This document shows, piece by piece, positions 7,471 to 15,636 of a DNA stretch of 32,000 nucleotides. Made by a program: the position numbers and the translations under genes. The stretch lies in contig NZ_LT934425.1 of the NCBI RefSeq assembly GCF_900232105.1, positions 2,760,001 through 2,792,000 of the forward strand, in the 5' to 3' direction. This stretch comes from Candidatus Kuenenia stuttgartensis (GTDB lineage: Bacteria; Planctomycetota; Brocadiia; Brocadiales; Brocadiaceae). How positions within the stretch are numbered: position 1 is the stretch's first letter; each line of letters opens with the position of its first letter. The notes under the pieces are model-generated. The model made no database searches. It saw nothing but the letters and a program-made list of their open reading frames with translations, and had not been told where the DNA came from.

Positions 7471-10104
7471 CTACACCGTATTATTAAATACACGCTGTAC
7501 AGAAGATAATACCTCTTCCAGTTCGTAAGGACTTGTTATAATGAAGTCAAATGCTAATAGTTGCCCGTTCTTGTATTTTTCTTTAATATCAGGAATCCCG
7601 GCGAGGATGCCAATCTTTGGTTTCTTTTCCACTGTTTCTATAAACTTTATGATATCCCACACAGAGACGTCAGGTAATCCGATATCACAGAGCATAAGGT
7701 CAAAGCACTCTTTTGATAACAAATCGATGGCCTTACGTCCCTCGTTAACATATTGAACGATATATCCATTATCAGAAAGAAGGTTTTCCAGAATTTTGCC
7801 AATAGCCAGTTCATCTTCTACCAAAAGGATACGATACTTACTCTTTCTTTTTTTACCGGCGTCGTCTTTCGATGAAGGCTGTGGTGGTAACTCTTCTGCC
7901 GTTGCAGGGAATTTCAGGGTAAAAGTACTGCCTTTCCCAGGCTGGCTCTGCACTTCTATTGTTCCCCCGTGCCGTTTGACAATACCATACACGACGCTCA
8001 TTCCCAGTCCCATCCCCTTTTTCTTAGTAGTAAAAAAAGGATCAAATATCTTTGCCTTTACTTCATCAGTCATGCCTGTTCCAGTGTCGGCGATACTGAG
8101 AAAAACATAGCCTTCTTTTTCCCATGTGGAAAGTGAAATAGTTCCTCCTTCAGGCATTGCGTCCAGCGCATTCAGGAAAATATTTAATACTACCTCCCTT
8201 AATTCCGGGGAATTGCCCTTTATATTCGGCACGTTCTTAAGGCAATCCGTATTCAATTGATATTTTAAGCCTTTACCTTCGGCAATGTTCTTCCACAATG
8301 GCTTGGTAAAAACTATTATATTATTGACTAAGCTGTTCATATTAACCTGGATCATTTTCCGGGGGTCGACAGACGTGCTGGTAAACTCTTTCATTCTGCG
8401 AACGACTTCAGCGCCGTCTATGCATTGTTCGCGAATAATAGAAAGCGCTTGCAGCAATTTTATCCTGCCCTTGCTTTCTTTTATCAATAGTTGGATATTT
8501 GCGTCAATGACTGCGAGGATGTTATTTAATTCATGCGCAATGCCGGAGGCCATCACACCCAACCCTTGCAGTTTTTGCGCATGGAGAAGTTCTGTTTCCA
8601 TCTTCTTTAAATCGGTTATATCGGTAGAAATACTTCCGATTGCATACATAATGCCGTCAGCCTTGAATATGGGAAATTTGACGGAAATAAAGGTGTGTTG
8701 CCCGGTATCGGAGTCCACTTGTATTTTATATTGTACCGGTTGTTTCGTTTCAAAAACCTTTTTATCGTGTATTACAATTTCATCTGCTGCTTTTCGGGGA
8801 AGGATATCATGTACGGTCTTTCCTGCAACTTCCTCTGTTTTTTTATGGATAAAATTTTCATATTCTTTGTTAATCAGAAGGTAGCGACCATTCATGTCAA
8901 TTATTGATATGAGGGCAGTGGTGTTGTTGATGATTGAACGATATTTTAGCTCGCTTTTAACCAGTTCAGACATGGTATGGCTGCTATACTGTATTTCTCT
9001 CTCAATGGTATCTGCCATACTATTGAAGCTGTTTGCAAGCTCTCCTAATTCGTCATTTCTGCGCAGAGAAACCCTTCCTTTAAAATTCCCCGCAGAAAAT
9101 GACTTTGTAGCGGCTTTTAATTTTTGAATAGGCCTTGAAATTGATGCGGCGAATAGCGTCCCTGTGCAAGATACAAGTAAACAAACGGAAACGCCTAAAA
9201 CCAAAGATATGATTCCCAACGTTTTTAAAGAGGCAAACAACTCTGCCTTATCGGTTTCAGCCAGTAATATCCACTGACAATCAGGAATGTCAATTGAAAC
9301 CCCAACAACCTGTCTTTCCCTGTAATCAGTATAAATCCCTACCATCTCCTGTGATGATTCCAGTATTTTGCGAACCGGTTCGGTATCCACTTTCTGCTGC
9401 AATGGCGCATCTTTAACAAATCGTGATTCCGTAATCATAATCTTGTCTCTGTTTACAAGATAAACCTCCCCGGTATCTCCAATATTCCTGTAATCAGTGA
9501 AGATTTCATTTATTGCCGATACATCAAAGCAGGCAATAAGATATCCTAACGGTTCTTTACGGGAGATTCCAAGATGGTGTATGGGGGATATTATATGAAA
9601 ACCTTTCATCCCGCACAAAGAGCAGAAATGGAGAGGATAAAGGTATACCTTTTTCTGTGTAAAATCCATGTTGGTTAAAAGTTTTTCTTCCGTGTAGATA
9701 TTTTTTCCGGCCATTTTTTCATCTGTTGATACAATAACGTTATATTCAGTATCTACTATATGAATACCTAACATGTGAGTATCTATGGGCAACTTGGCGG
9801 TTTTTAAGTACTTAGTTAATGATTGTATGATAGTGCTGCGGTATTCCCCATGCGTTATTTTTTCGAGACTTTCTCTTATATATCCGTCGCTGCAGAAATC
9901 AATTACCCTGTTCTCTTTCGAAGCAATGCACAAGAGTAAATAATTTTTTTTTGCTTTTGCAAGTGCTGTGAATCTGTTTATTTCACGGTCACGGATTTCC
10001 GTTCTGAGATACAGATAATACATCGTTGTAATGAGGGCAATTGGTATGAGTGCGGCGCAAAGCCCGAATAGCAATATTTTCCATTTTATGTTAAATGATT
10101 TCAC
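7471..10104 (-). CDS. Membrane hybrid sensor histidine kinase (Cache, HAMP, PAS, HisKA/HATPase_c, receiver)
   Basis: H-box GLGVMASGIAHELNNILAVID; N/G boxes LNIFLNALDAMPEGG, ADTGTGM, KGMGLGMSVVYGIVKRHGG; HAMP-like SFSAGNFKGRVSLRRNDELGELANSFNSM; PAS; terminal REC RILLVEDELAIGKILE. Start re-assigned to GTG at 10104 (VKSFNIKWK) with a GGGAGG ribosome-binding site. Confidence 0.92.
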   Translation of the reverse strand: MKSFNIKWKILLFGLCAALIPIALITTMYYLYLRTEIRDREINRFTALAKAKKNYLLLCIASKENRVIDFCSDGYIRESLEKITHGEYRSTIIQSLTKYLKTAKLPIDTHMLGIHIVDTEYNVIVSTDEKMAGKNIYTEEKLLTNMDFTQKKVYLYPLHFCSLCGMKGFHIISPIHHLGISRKEPLGYLIACFDVSAINEIFTDYRNIGDTGEVYLVNRDKIMITESRFVKDAPLQQKVDTEPVRKILESSQEMVGIYTDYRERQVVGVSIDIPDCQWILLAETDKAELFASLKTLGIISLVLGVSVCLLVSCTGTLFAASISRPIQKLKAATKSFSAGNFKGRVSLRRNDELGELANSFNSMADTIEREIQYSSHTMSELVKSELKYRSIINNTTALISIIDMNGRYLLINKEYENFIHKKTEEVAGKTVHDILPRKAADEIVIHDKKVFETKQPVQYKIQVDSDTGQHTFISVKFPIFKADGIMYAIGSISTDITDLKKMETELLHAQKLQGLGVMASGIAHELNNILAVIDANIQLLIKESKGRIKLLQALSIIREQCIDGAEVVRRMKEFTSTSVDPRKMIQVNMNSLVNNIIVFTKPLWKNIAEGKGLKYQLNTDCLKNVPNIKGNSPELREVVLNIFLNALDAMPEGGTISLSTWEKEGYVFLSIADTGTGMTDEVKAKIFDPFFTTKKKGMGLGMSVVYGIVKRHGGTIEVQSQPGKGSTFTLKFPATAEELPPQPSSKDDAGKKRKSKYRILLVEDELAIGKILENLLSDNGYIVQYVNEGRKAIDLLSKECFDLMLCDIGLPDVSVWDIIKFIETVEKKPKIGILAGIPDIKEKYKNGQLLAFDFIITSPYELEEVLSSVQRVFNNTV

Positions 10105-10133
10105 TTTTTTTTCCTCCCTTCTGCAAAAAAAAC

Positions 10134-10284
10134 GTAACACTTTAGTCTTTTGAAAAATTCCGATAATAGCGATGTTTGCCGCATAGTGCAGGGACGAAGC
10201 ATTTGCTATAAATTGCCATAAATACGTTCATACCCAAACGGGCAAATGCTTCGCCCCCTACTTTTTAAAAGACTAAAGTGTCAC
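10134..10284. mobile_element. MITE-like element, family beta, 151 bp
   Basis: Ends GTAACACTTTAGTCTTTT / AAAAGACTAAAGTGTCAC; internal inverted repeat CGAAGCATTTGC...GCAAATGCTTCG; flanks AAAAAAAC / AAAAAACC (low complexity, 7/8). Confidence 0.75.
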
Positions 10285-10628
10285 AAAAAACCAAAGGGGA
10301 TTTTCAGGTTGATTCCAGTAGATACCGGCGCTTGTCGTTTGCTTATATAATTGATCATCACGAATATCTCCTCCCTTTACTGGTTCAATGCTATCTGTTC
10401 CATAAATTAACATTTTTGAATTGCGCACCTTTCATTAGTTTCTCCTTTGCACTTACGTGATAATAGGCTTTCTACTCAGGTTTCAAAGTCATGTATTACG
10501 GAAAAAAACAAAAAAACCACCGATAGTTTTATGCAAAACATACACGTTATTTGAAGAAGGCAACGGGTGTGTACACGCAGAAGATGCTTTTTTAATATCG
10601 GTAGATAAAGGTATTTGTTTAATAATTA

Positions 10629-10752
10629 GGGTGTATTCCCGATTTTTTGTGATTTCCGCCATGTTTTAATGAAACGTTGCAGTAGTGTTAACCCTGACAG
10701 GGTTGTTTTGCCCCGACTCCATGAACGCTTACAAACAATCGGGAATGCACCC
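10629..10752. mobile_element. MITE-like element, family alpha, 124 bp
   Basis: GGGTGTATTCCCGATTTTTTG ... CAATCGGGAATGCACCC; interior CTTCCGCC/ATTTCCGCCATGTTTTAATGAAA homologous to the reverse complement of 5121-5262. Confidence 0.75.
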
Positions 10753-11215
10753 GTCAACATGTGCATTAATAATTATCACGTGGAAAGGGTAGATTTAAAC
10801 TGTTTTAAGGGAAGTGCTGCGTATACTATACTATAAAGCTACATTGTTACTAATTTTTTATTTTGCGGGAATATATCCCGGTTCTTATTTGTCATAAGAT
10901 TATATTTGGCATTTTTACGCCCTTCGTTCCCACGCAGGAGCATATGGGCAAGTCCTGCCAGTCACAAATTTGCGTCTTGTATTTAATTTGGTATCAAATA
11001 AAATTCCACCAGTTCAGGAGTTCTGAATTTATAAAAGGTATTTGTGAATAACAGACTCCCCGTATTTTCTCTTATGTGCTATCCTTATAATCTGTTATGG
11101 AATAATTTGGGAATCTGCGGTTCTCTTATCTCTCTTCAAACCCGGCGTATTTAAGATAAATAATCGGTAATGATTTTTAATATCATCACTTTTTTAATTT
11201 TGCTTATAACAAAAC

Positions 11216-11758
11216 GTGAACCAAAAAGACTCCCTACTTATTCATATAGATGCTCTATACAGATCGGCACTGTATCTCGTCAAAAATGAACATAACGCAT
11301 ATGATCTGGTCCAGGAAGCCTATTTAAAGGCATTCAAATCTCTCCGGAATGGCGAAATAGTTAATAATGAAAGGGCATGGTTGTTTAAAATATTAATGAA
11401 TACCTTCATCAATCAATATAGAAAAAGTAAAACAGAACCTTCTTTGGTTGATTTTGACAGCATTGAGTCCTTTCATAAATCAATAAAAGAAGAGGTATTA
11501 ACGCCCTCAAATACAGAGAATGAGGCAGCATTTGATGAGTTACTTGACTCAGATGTGAAAAAAGCGCTTGAAGAATTACCCGATGATTTTAGACTGGTCG
11601 TCTTACTTTCGATAGTAGAGGGCTTTTCCTACAAGGAGATTTCCAAAATGCTTAACTGCCCAATCGGGACAGTAATGTCCAGGATCTATAGGGGACGAAA
11701 GTTGTTAAAGGAAAAATTGACAGGTTATGCAAAAAAACATGGCTACGAAAGAGAATAA
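11216..11758 (+). CDS. ECF (RpoE-like) RNA polymerase sigma factor
   Basis: 180 aa; region 2 LYRSALYLVKNEHNAYDLVQEAYLKAFKSL...RAWLFKILMNTFINQYRK; region 4 ALEELPDDFRLVVLLSIVEGFSYKEISKMLNCPIGTVMSRIYRGRKLLKEKL. GTG start. Confidence 0.95.
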   Translation: MNQKDSLLIHIDALYRSALYLVKNEHNAYDLVQEAYLKAFKSLRNGEIVNNERAWLFKILMNTFINQYRKSKTEPSLVDFDSIESFHKSIKEEVLTPSNTENEAAFDELLDSDVKKALEELPDDFRLVVLLSIVEGFSYKEISKMLNCPIGTVMSRIYRGRKLLKEKLTGYAKKHGYERE

Positions 11759-11761
11759 GAA

Positions 11762-12631
11762 ATGAATTGTACCGATGTAAGAAAATATTTTTATGCCTTT
11801 CTCGACAACGAACTCGATGTGGAAAGGAATATCGAGGTTTTGTCGCATATTAATATGTGCCATGCATGCGGCGTGAAAATAGAAAGGGAAAGACTGCTTC
11901 AGGAAAGAGTGAAAGAAACTGTTTGTAAGATAAAAGTCCCTGCATACCTTGAGCAAAAAATTTTTAGGAGTGCAGAAAGCCGTCCTAACTTTTTTGCTCA
12001 ATTTATAAAGAATTTCTCGTTGAGAGGCAGATTCGTATTAGTCTCTGGCATAGCAACCGCAATAGTTCTTATTGCTTGTTTTTTCGTAATACAAAATAAG
12101 CTGAAGAAAGATAATATTTTTTACCTCACGGAGTCAAAGTATCACGACTATATAATGAAGCAACTTGTTCCAGACATACGTTTACAGAATGCCGGAGAAA
12201 TTATAGGACGCCTTCAAAATCGAACCGGCCTAAGTGTAATCCTGCCTGGCATTGAAGAAAATATGCAGATACAGAATGCAAAAGCTATTGTGGATTACTT
12301 TCAAAAACAAACTGGTTTAACGGTAACGCTCCCTTTTATGAAGGGAAATGTACAGTTGGTGGGTGCGTCTTTGACTAATATTAACGGCAAAAATGTACCC
12401 CTGGTTTTTTACATGCTTGATGATACCCCAATTACGTTGGCTGTGGTTTGTAATTCCGACATCACTTTTAGAAAAATGAAAGAGGTCGTAGCTGATAAGA
12501 TGGTGGTATATACAGGTACCGGTTTTTGCGGCTCCTGCCAGATTGTTGGATGGAAAGAGACTGGCGCTCAGTACGTTATGGTATCGATGTTAAATAGTGA
12601 AAAAATGATAAAAGCGCTTACAAAGGTATAA
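11762..12631 (+). CDS. Anti-sigma factor with N-terminal zinc finger and one transmembrane helix
   Basis: 289 aa; HINMCHACG (HX3CX2C) motif, TM VLVSGIATAIVLIACFFVI; 3 nt after the ECF sigma gene. Confidence 0.85.
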   Translation: MNCTDVRKYFYAFLDNELDVERNIEVLSHINMCHACGVKIERERLLQERVKETVCKIKVPAYLEQKIFRSAESRPNFFAQFIKNFSLRGRFVLVSGIATAIVLIACFFVIQNKLKKDNIFYLTESKYHDYIMKQLVPDIRLQNAGEIIGRLQNRTGLSVILPGIEENMQIQNAKAIVDYFQKQTGLTVTLPFMKGNVQLVGASLTNINGKNVPLVFYMLDDTPITLAVVCNSDITFRKMKEVVADKMVVYTGTGFCGSCQIVGWKETGAQYVMVSMLNSEKMIKALTKV

Positions 12632-12782
12632 AAACGGACCATGAATGACAAGAAATTTTTAATATTTAAGATGCGGCTCTAATTCTATATCTTTAACCTT
12701 TTTTATTCGATATCGGAGGTATCGGGATTTTAAAATTACTGTTTATTTATATTTTAATTAGTTTGGAAAGAAAGGATGTATC

Positions 12783-13142
12783 ATGATTATAAAAAAGAAG
12801 TCTCTGCTTTCTGTGACACTCGGTGTGGCATTTTTTATTGCATCTGCGTTAGTCACCGTTGTATCTGCTGGGGCCAATCCATTCGCACCCGGCGATGCAA
12901 CCACCTTCAAAACCGATATGGAGAAAAAAACAGAAGGGAAATGTGGTGAGGGTAAGTGCGGTGAAGGAAAATGCGGCAGTGATGAGAAAAAGAAGGAAGG
13001 AAAGTGCGGTGAGGATAAATGCGGCGGCAATGAGAAAAAGAAAGAAGGGAAATGTGGCGGTGACGAGGGGAAAACAGAAGGTAAATGCGGTGAAGGCAAA
13101 TGTGGCGGTGATGAGAAAAAGAAAGAAGGAAAGTGCAGTTAA
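12783..13142 (+). CDS. Secreted low-complexity EGKCG-repeat peptide (HvfA/bufferin-like precursor candidate)
   Basis: 119 aa; signal peptide MIIKKKSLLSVTLGVAFFIASALVTVVSAG; nine cysteines, all in KC(G/S): EGKCG x7, EDKCG x1, EGKCS x1. Confidence 0.8.
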   Translation: MIIKKKSLLSVTLGVAFFIASALVTVVSAGANPFAPGDATTFKTDMEKKTEGKCGEGKCGEGKCGSDEKKKEGKCGEDKCGGNEKKKEGKCGGDEGKTEGKCGEGKCGGDEKKKEGKCS

Positions 13143-13169
13143 TTAAAATAAACCGATGCCGAATAAAGT

Positions 13170-13214
13170 GGGCTTACGTGGAGGAACCACAATTCCTTTG
13201 CGTAAGCCCTTTTT
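13170..13214 (+). terminator. Rho-independent-type terminator after the EGKCG gene
   Basis: GGGCTTACG (13170-13178) pairs with CGTAAGCCC (13201-13209), followed by TTTTT. Confidence 0.7.
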
Positions 13215-13301
13215 AGGCGTTCCTTCGCTGTAAGCTGATGTCTCGAATGTTTATTACATTTTGATTTACATGGAAAAAGGTATACTTGCGAAGGTTAATC
13301 T

Positions 13302-13925
13302 ATGCGCATTAAAAAACACAATGTAAAATGCTTACTGCGAGGAAAACATAATGTATTTCCTCGCAGTAAGCATGGGTCTGAGAGCATCGGCAGGCGCACA
13401 TTTCTTTCGGGCGCTGCCGGTTTTATTGCCACACTGCTTTTGTCCCCGGTGATAGCAAGGACTGTTAAAAGCCACGCATCTGCTTTGACAGAAGACCCGT
13501 GGCAAACCCTGTCCGTAGTGCAAGACCATCTCTTTCCTTCGGAAGCAGATTCTCCGGGGGCAAAGGAAATCAATGCGATTTCGTATTTGCGCAATATGCT
13601 CGCAGATCTGGTGACGGATACTGATGAGAAGGAATTTATACTGAATGGCGTCGGGTGGTTGAATGAACTGGCGATTGAAAGGCACGAAGCCGTTTTTGCA
13701 GATTTGCCGCAGTTGCAGCAATCAGATTTGCTGCAACAAATTTCAAAAACCACCGCCGGCAGAAATTGGATTTCTAAGCTAATTTCTTATCTGCTGGAAG
13801 CCTTGTTAAGCGATCCTGTGTACGGAGGAAACCCGGACGGCATAGGATGGAAGTGGCTTGAACATCGGCCAGGTTATCCACGGCCGCCGACGAATAAACG
13901 TTATTATGACCTGCTAAAAATATGA
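13302..13925 (+). CDS. Gluconate 2-dehydrogenase subunit 3-like protein, probable Tat substrate
   Basis: 207 aa; RRTFLSGAAGFIATLLL Tat-like signal; ...YLLEALLSDPVYGGNPDGIGWKWLEHRPGYPRPP. Confidence 0.85.
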   Translation: MRIKKHNVKCLLRGKHNVFPRSKHGSESIGRRTFLSGAAGFIATLLLSPVIARTVKSHASALTEDPWQTLSVVQDHLFPSEADSPGAKEINAISYLRNMLADLVTDTDEKEFILNGVGWLNELAIERHEAVFADLPQLQQSDLLQQISKTTAGRNWISKLISYLLEALLSDPVYGGNPDGIGWKWLEHRPGYPRPPTNKRYYDLLKI

Positions 13926-15607
13926 ATACAGATTTTGACGTGTGTATAGTAGGAAGCGGCGCCGGCGCCGGCCCCGTAGCGCTCACCCTTGCAGAATCGG
14001 GTTATTCGGTGGTTGTCCTTGAAAAAGGCCCCTGGTTTAAGGAAGAGGATTTTTATAAGGATGAGCTTGCCAGTCGCAGACGCGATGTTTACACGCCGAA
14101 TCTGCAGGATGAACAGCATGTAATTGAAGAACCGGATGGACTGGGTGGATGGGACTGCGAGCCAACCTCTGTTTCCGGATGGAATTTCTGGAGGGGCTGT
14201 TGTGTTGGCGGTTCCTCAAATTTTATGAGCGGATTTTTTTTCCGGATGAAACCCGAAGACTTTCGCTTGCTTTCAACCTTCGGCCCGATAGATGGCGCTA
14301 ATCTTATAGATTGGCCCATCTCCTACGAAGACCTTGAACCGTATTATACGAAGGTAGAATCGATTGTCGGCGTATCGGGCAGTGTTGTGCCGCATCCACT
14401 TCTTGAACCGCGTTCTACCGGCAATTTCCCTTACCCGCCTACGCTGGAACACCCCATTTCCGGATTGTTTGATACTGCCTGCCGCAAACTCGGATTACAC
14501 CCATTACCGACTCCGCGTGCAATTCTATCCAACAGCGCCATGAAACGGCAAAGCTGCGGCTATTCGGGGTGGTGTGGCAGTTATGGCTGTTCAACCGGCG
14601 CTAAAGGCAGCTCCCGGGCAGCATTACTAAATCCTGCCCTTGAAACCGGCCGTTGTGAAATCAGGCCGCATGCCAAGGTATATAAACTTACGACCAATGC
14701 TCAGGGCAAAGTGATTGCGGCGGAGTACTATGACAGGGATGGCAAGCAACAACGAGTCGATGCAAAAATATTTGTTGTCGCATGCCAGTCAATCGAAACC
14801 GCGCGTTTATTGCTGTGTTCTACAGGAACGCGTCATAAAAACGGTCTGGCAAACAATACCGGGCAGGTAGGCAAAAATCTTATTTTTTCAGCGGGTGGCA
14901 CGGGAGGGGGAGACCTTATCTATAAAAAACTTGGCAGGACAATTACAGAGTCATTGAAATTCCAGGGACTGTTCCTCAACCGCAATTTGCAGGACTGGTA
15001 TTTTATCGATAATCCAGTATGGGGAAGGATGCAAAAGGGTGGAACCATTGATTTTCTGCTGGAACACCCTGGCCCAATCGCAAAGGCGATAGACCTGAAA
15101 TGGGACGATCATGGCAACCTGATATGGGGGAAACCGTTAAAACAGGCATTAAAAAAACACTTTACCGAAATGCGCGAGTTTAAATATGAAATCTTTTGCG
15201 ATTGGCTGCCTACGGATAACTGCTTTGTCTCCCTTGATACGAAAGTGAAAGACAAGTGGGGAACACCGGTAGCCAGGGTAAGGGTTGGTTATCACCCGCA
15301 CGACATCAAGATAGGTAACTATCTCGCGAAAAAGGCAACATATATTATGAGGACAATGGGCGTAAGAAACGTCTATTCTAACATAAGCGGTTCGCCGCCG
15401 CCTAACCTGGCGGCAGGCGGCTGCCGGTTTGGAAATGACCCGAAAAATTCCGTGCTTGACCCTGATTGCCGTGCCCATGATGTTGAAAATCTTTTCGTTA
15501 CCGATGGGAGTTTTATGCCAACGGGGGGAAGCATTCCTTATACATGGACAATTTATGCAAACGCCTTCCGTGTTGCAGATAAGATTGTGAAACAACTTGG
15601 TGGATGA
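13922..15607 (+). CDS. GMC-family FAD-dependent oxidoreductase
   Basis: 561 aa; DFDVCIVGSGAGAGPVALTLAESGYSVVVLEKG; C-terminal VENLFVTDGSFMPTGGSIPYTWTIYANAFRVADKIV; 4-bp overlap with the preceding gene. Confidence 0.92.
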   Translation: MNTDFDVCIVGSGAGAGPVALTLAESGYSVVVLEKGPWFKEEDFYKDELASRRRDVYTPNLQDEQHVIEEPDGLGGWDCEPTSVSGWNFWRGCCVGGSSNFMSGFFFRMKPEDFRLLSTFGPIDGANLIDWPISYEDLEPYYTKVESIVGVSGSVVPHPLLEPRSTGNFPYPPTLEHPISGLFDTACRKLGLHPLPTPRAILSNSAMKRQSCGYSGWCGSYGCSTGAKGSSRAALLNPALETGRCEIRPHAKVYKLTTNAQGKVIAAEYYDRDGKQQRVDAKIFVVACQSIETARLLLCSTGTRHKNGLANNTGQVGKNLIFSAGGTGGGDLIYKKLGRTITESLKFQGLFLNRNLQDWYFIDNPVWGRMQKGGTIDFLLEHPGPIAKAIDLKWDDHGNLIWGKPLKQALKKHFTEMREFKYEIFCDWLPTDNCFVSLDTKVKDKWGTPVARVRVGYHPHDIKIGNYLAKKATYIMRTMGVRNVYSNISGSPPPNLAAGGCRFGNDPKNSVLDPDCRAHDVENLFVTDGSFMPTGGSIPYTWTIYANAFRVADKIVKQLGG

Positions 15608-15636
15608 TTGAACGTTTTTATGATGAAGGAGGTGGT

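Noticed and set aside
10918-10960. CGTTCCCACGCAGGAGCATATGGGC considered as another GTTCCCAAGC hairpin copy
   Set aside because: Arms are disrupted and the second half lacks GGGAACG; at best a degraded relative.
10278-11051. Small ORFs at 10278-10460, 10457-10669 and 10863-11051
   Set aside because: They overlap MITE ends and AT-rich intergenic DNA with no convincing RBS or family similarity.
12758-13099. Minus-strand 113-aa ORF rich in PSPHLPS/FPSFFF repeats
   Set aside because: Exact antisense shadow of the EGKCG repeat gene; composition is the reverse complement of its low-complexity codons.
12930-13140. Tandem GC-rich repetition considered as a CRISPR-like array or VNTR element
   Set aside because: Units are imperfect, codon-phased and encode the EGKCG/KKK repeats; there are no uniform spacers.
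13295-13753. Minus-strand 152-aa ORF opposite the subunit 3-like gene
   Set aside because: The plus-strand gene has a Tat-like signal, family match and coupling to GMC; the antisense frame has no such support.
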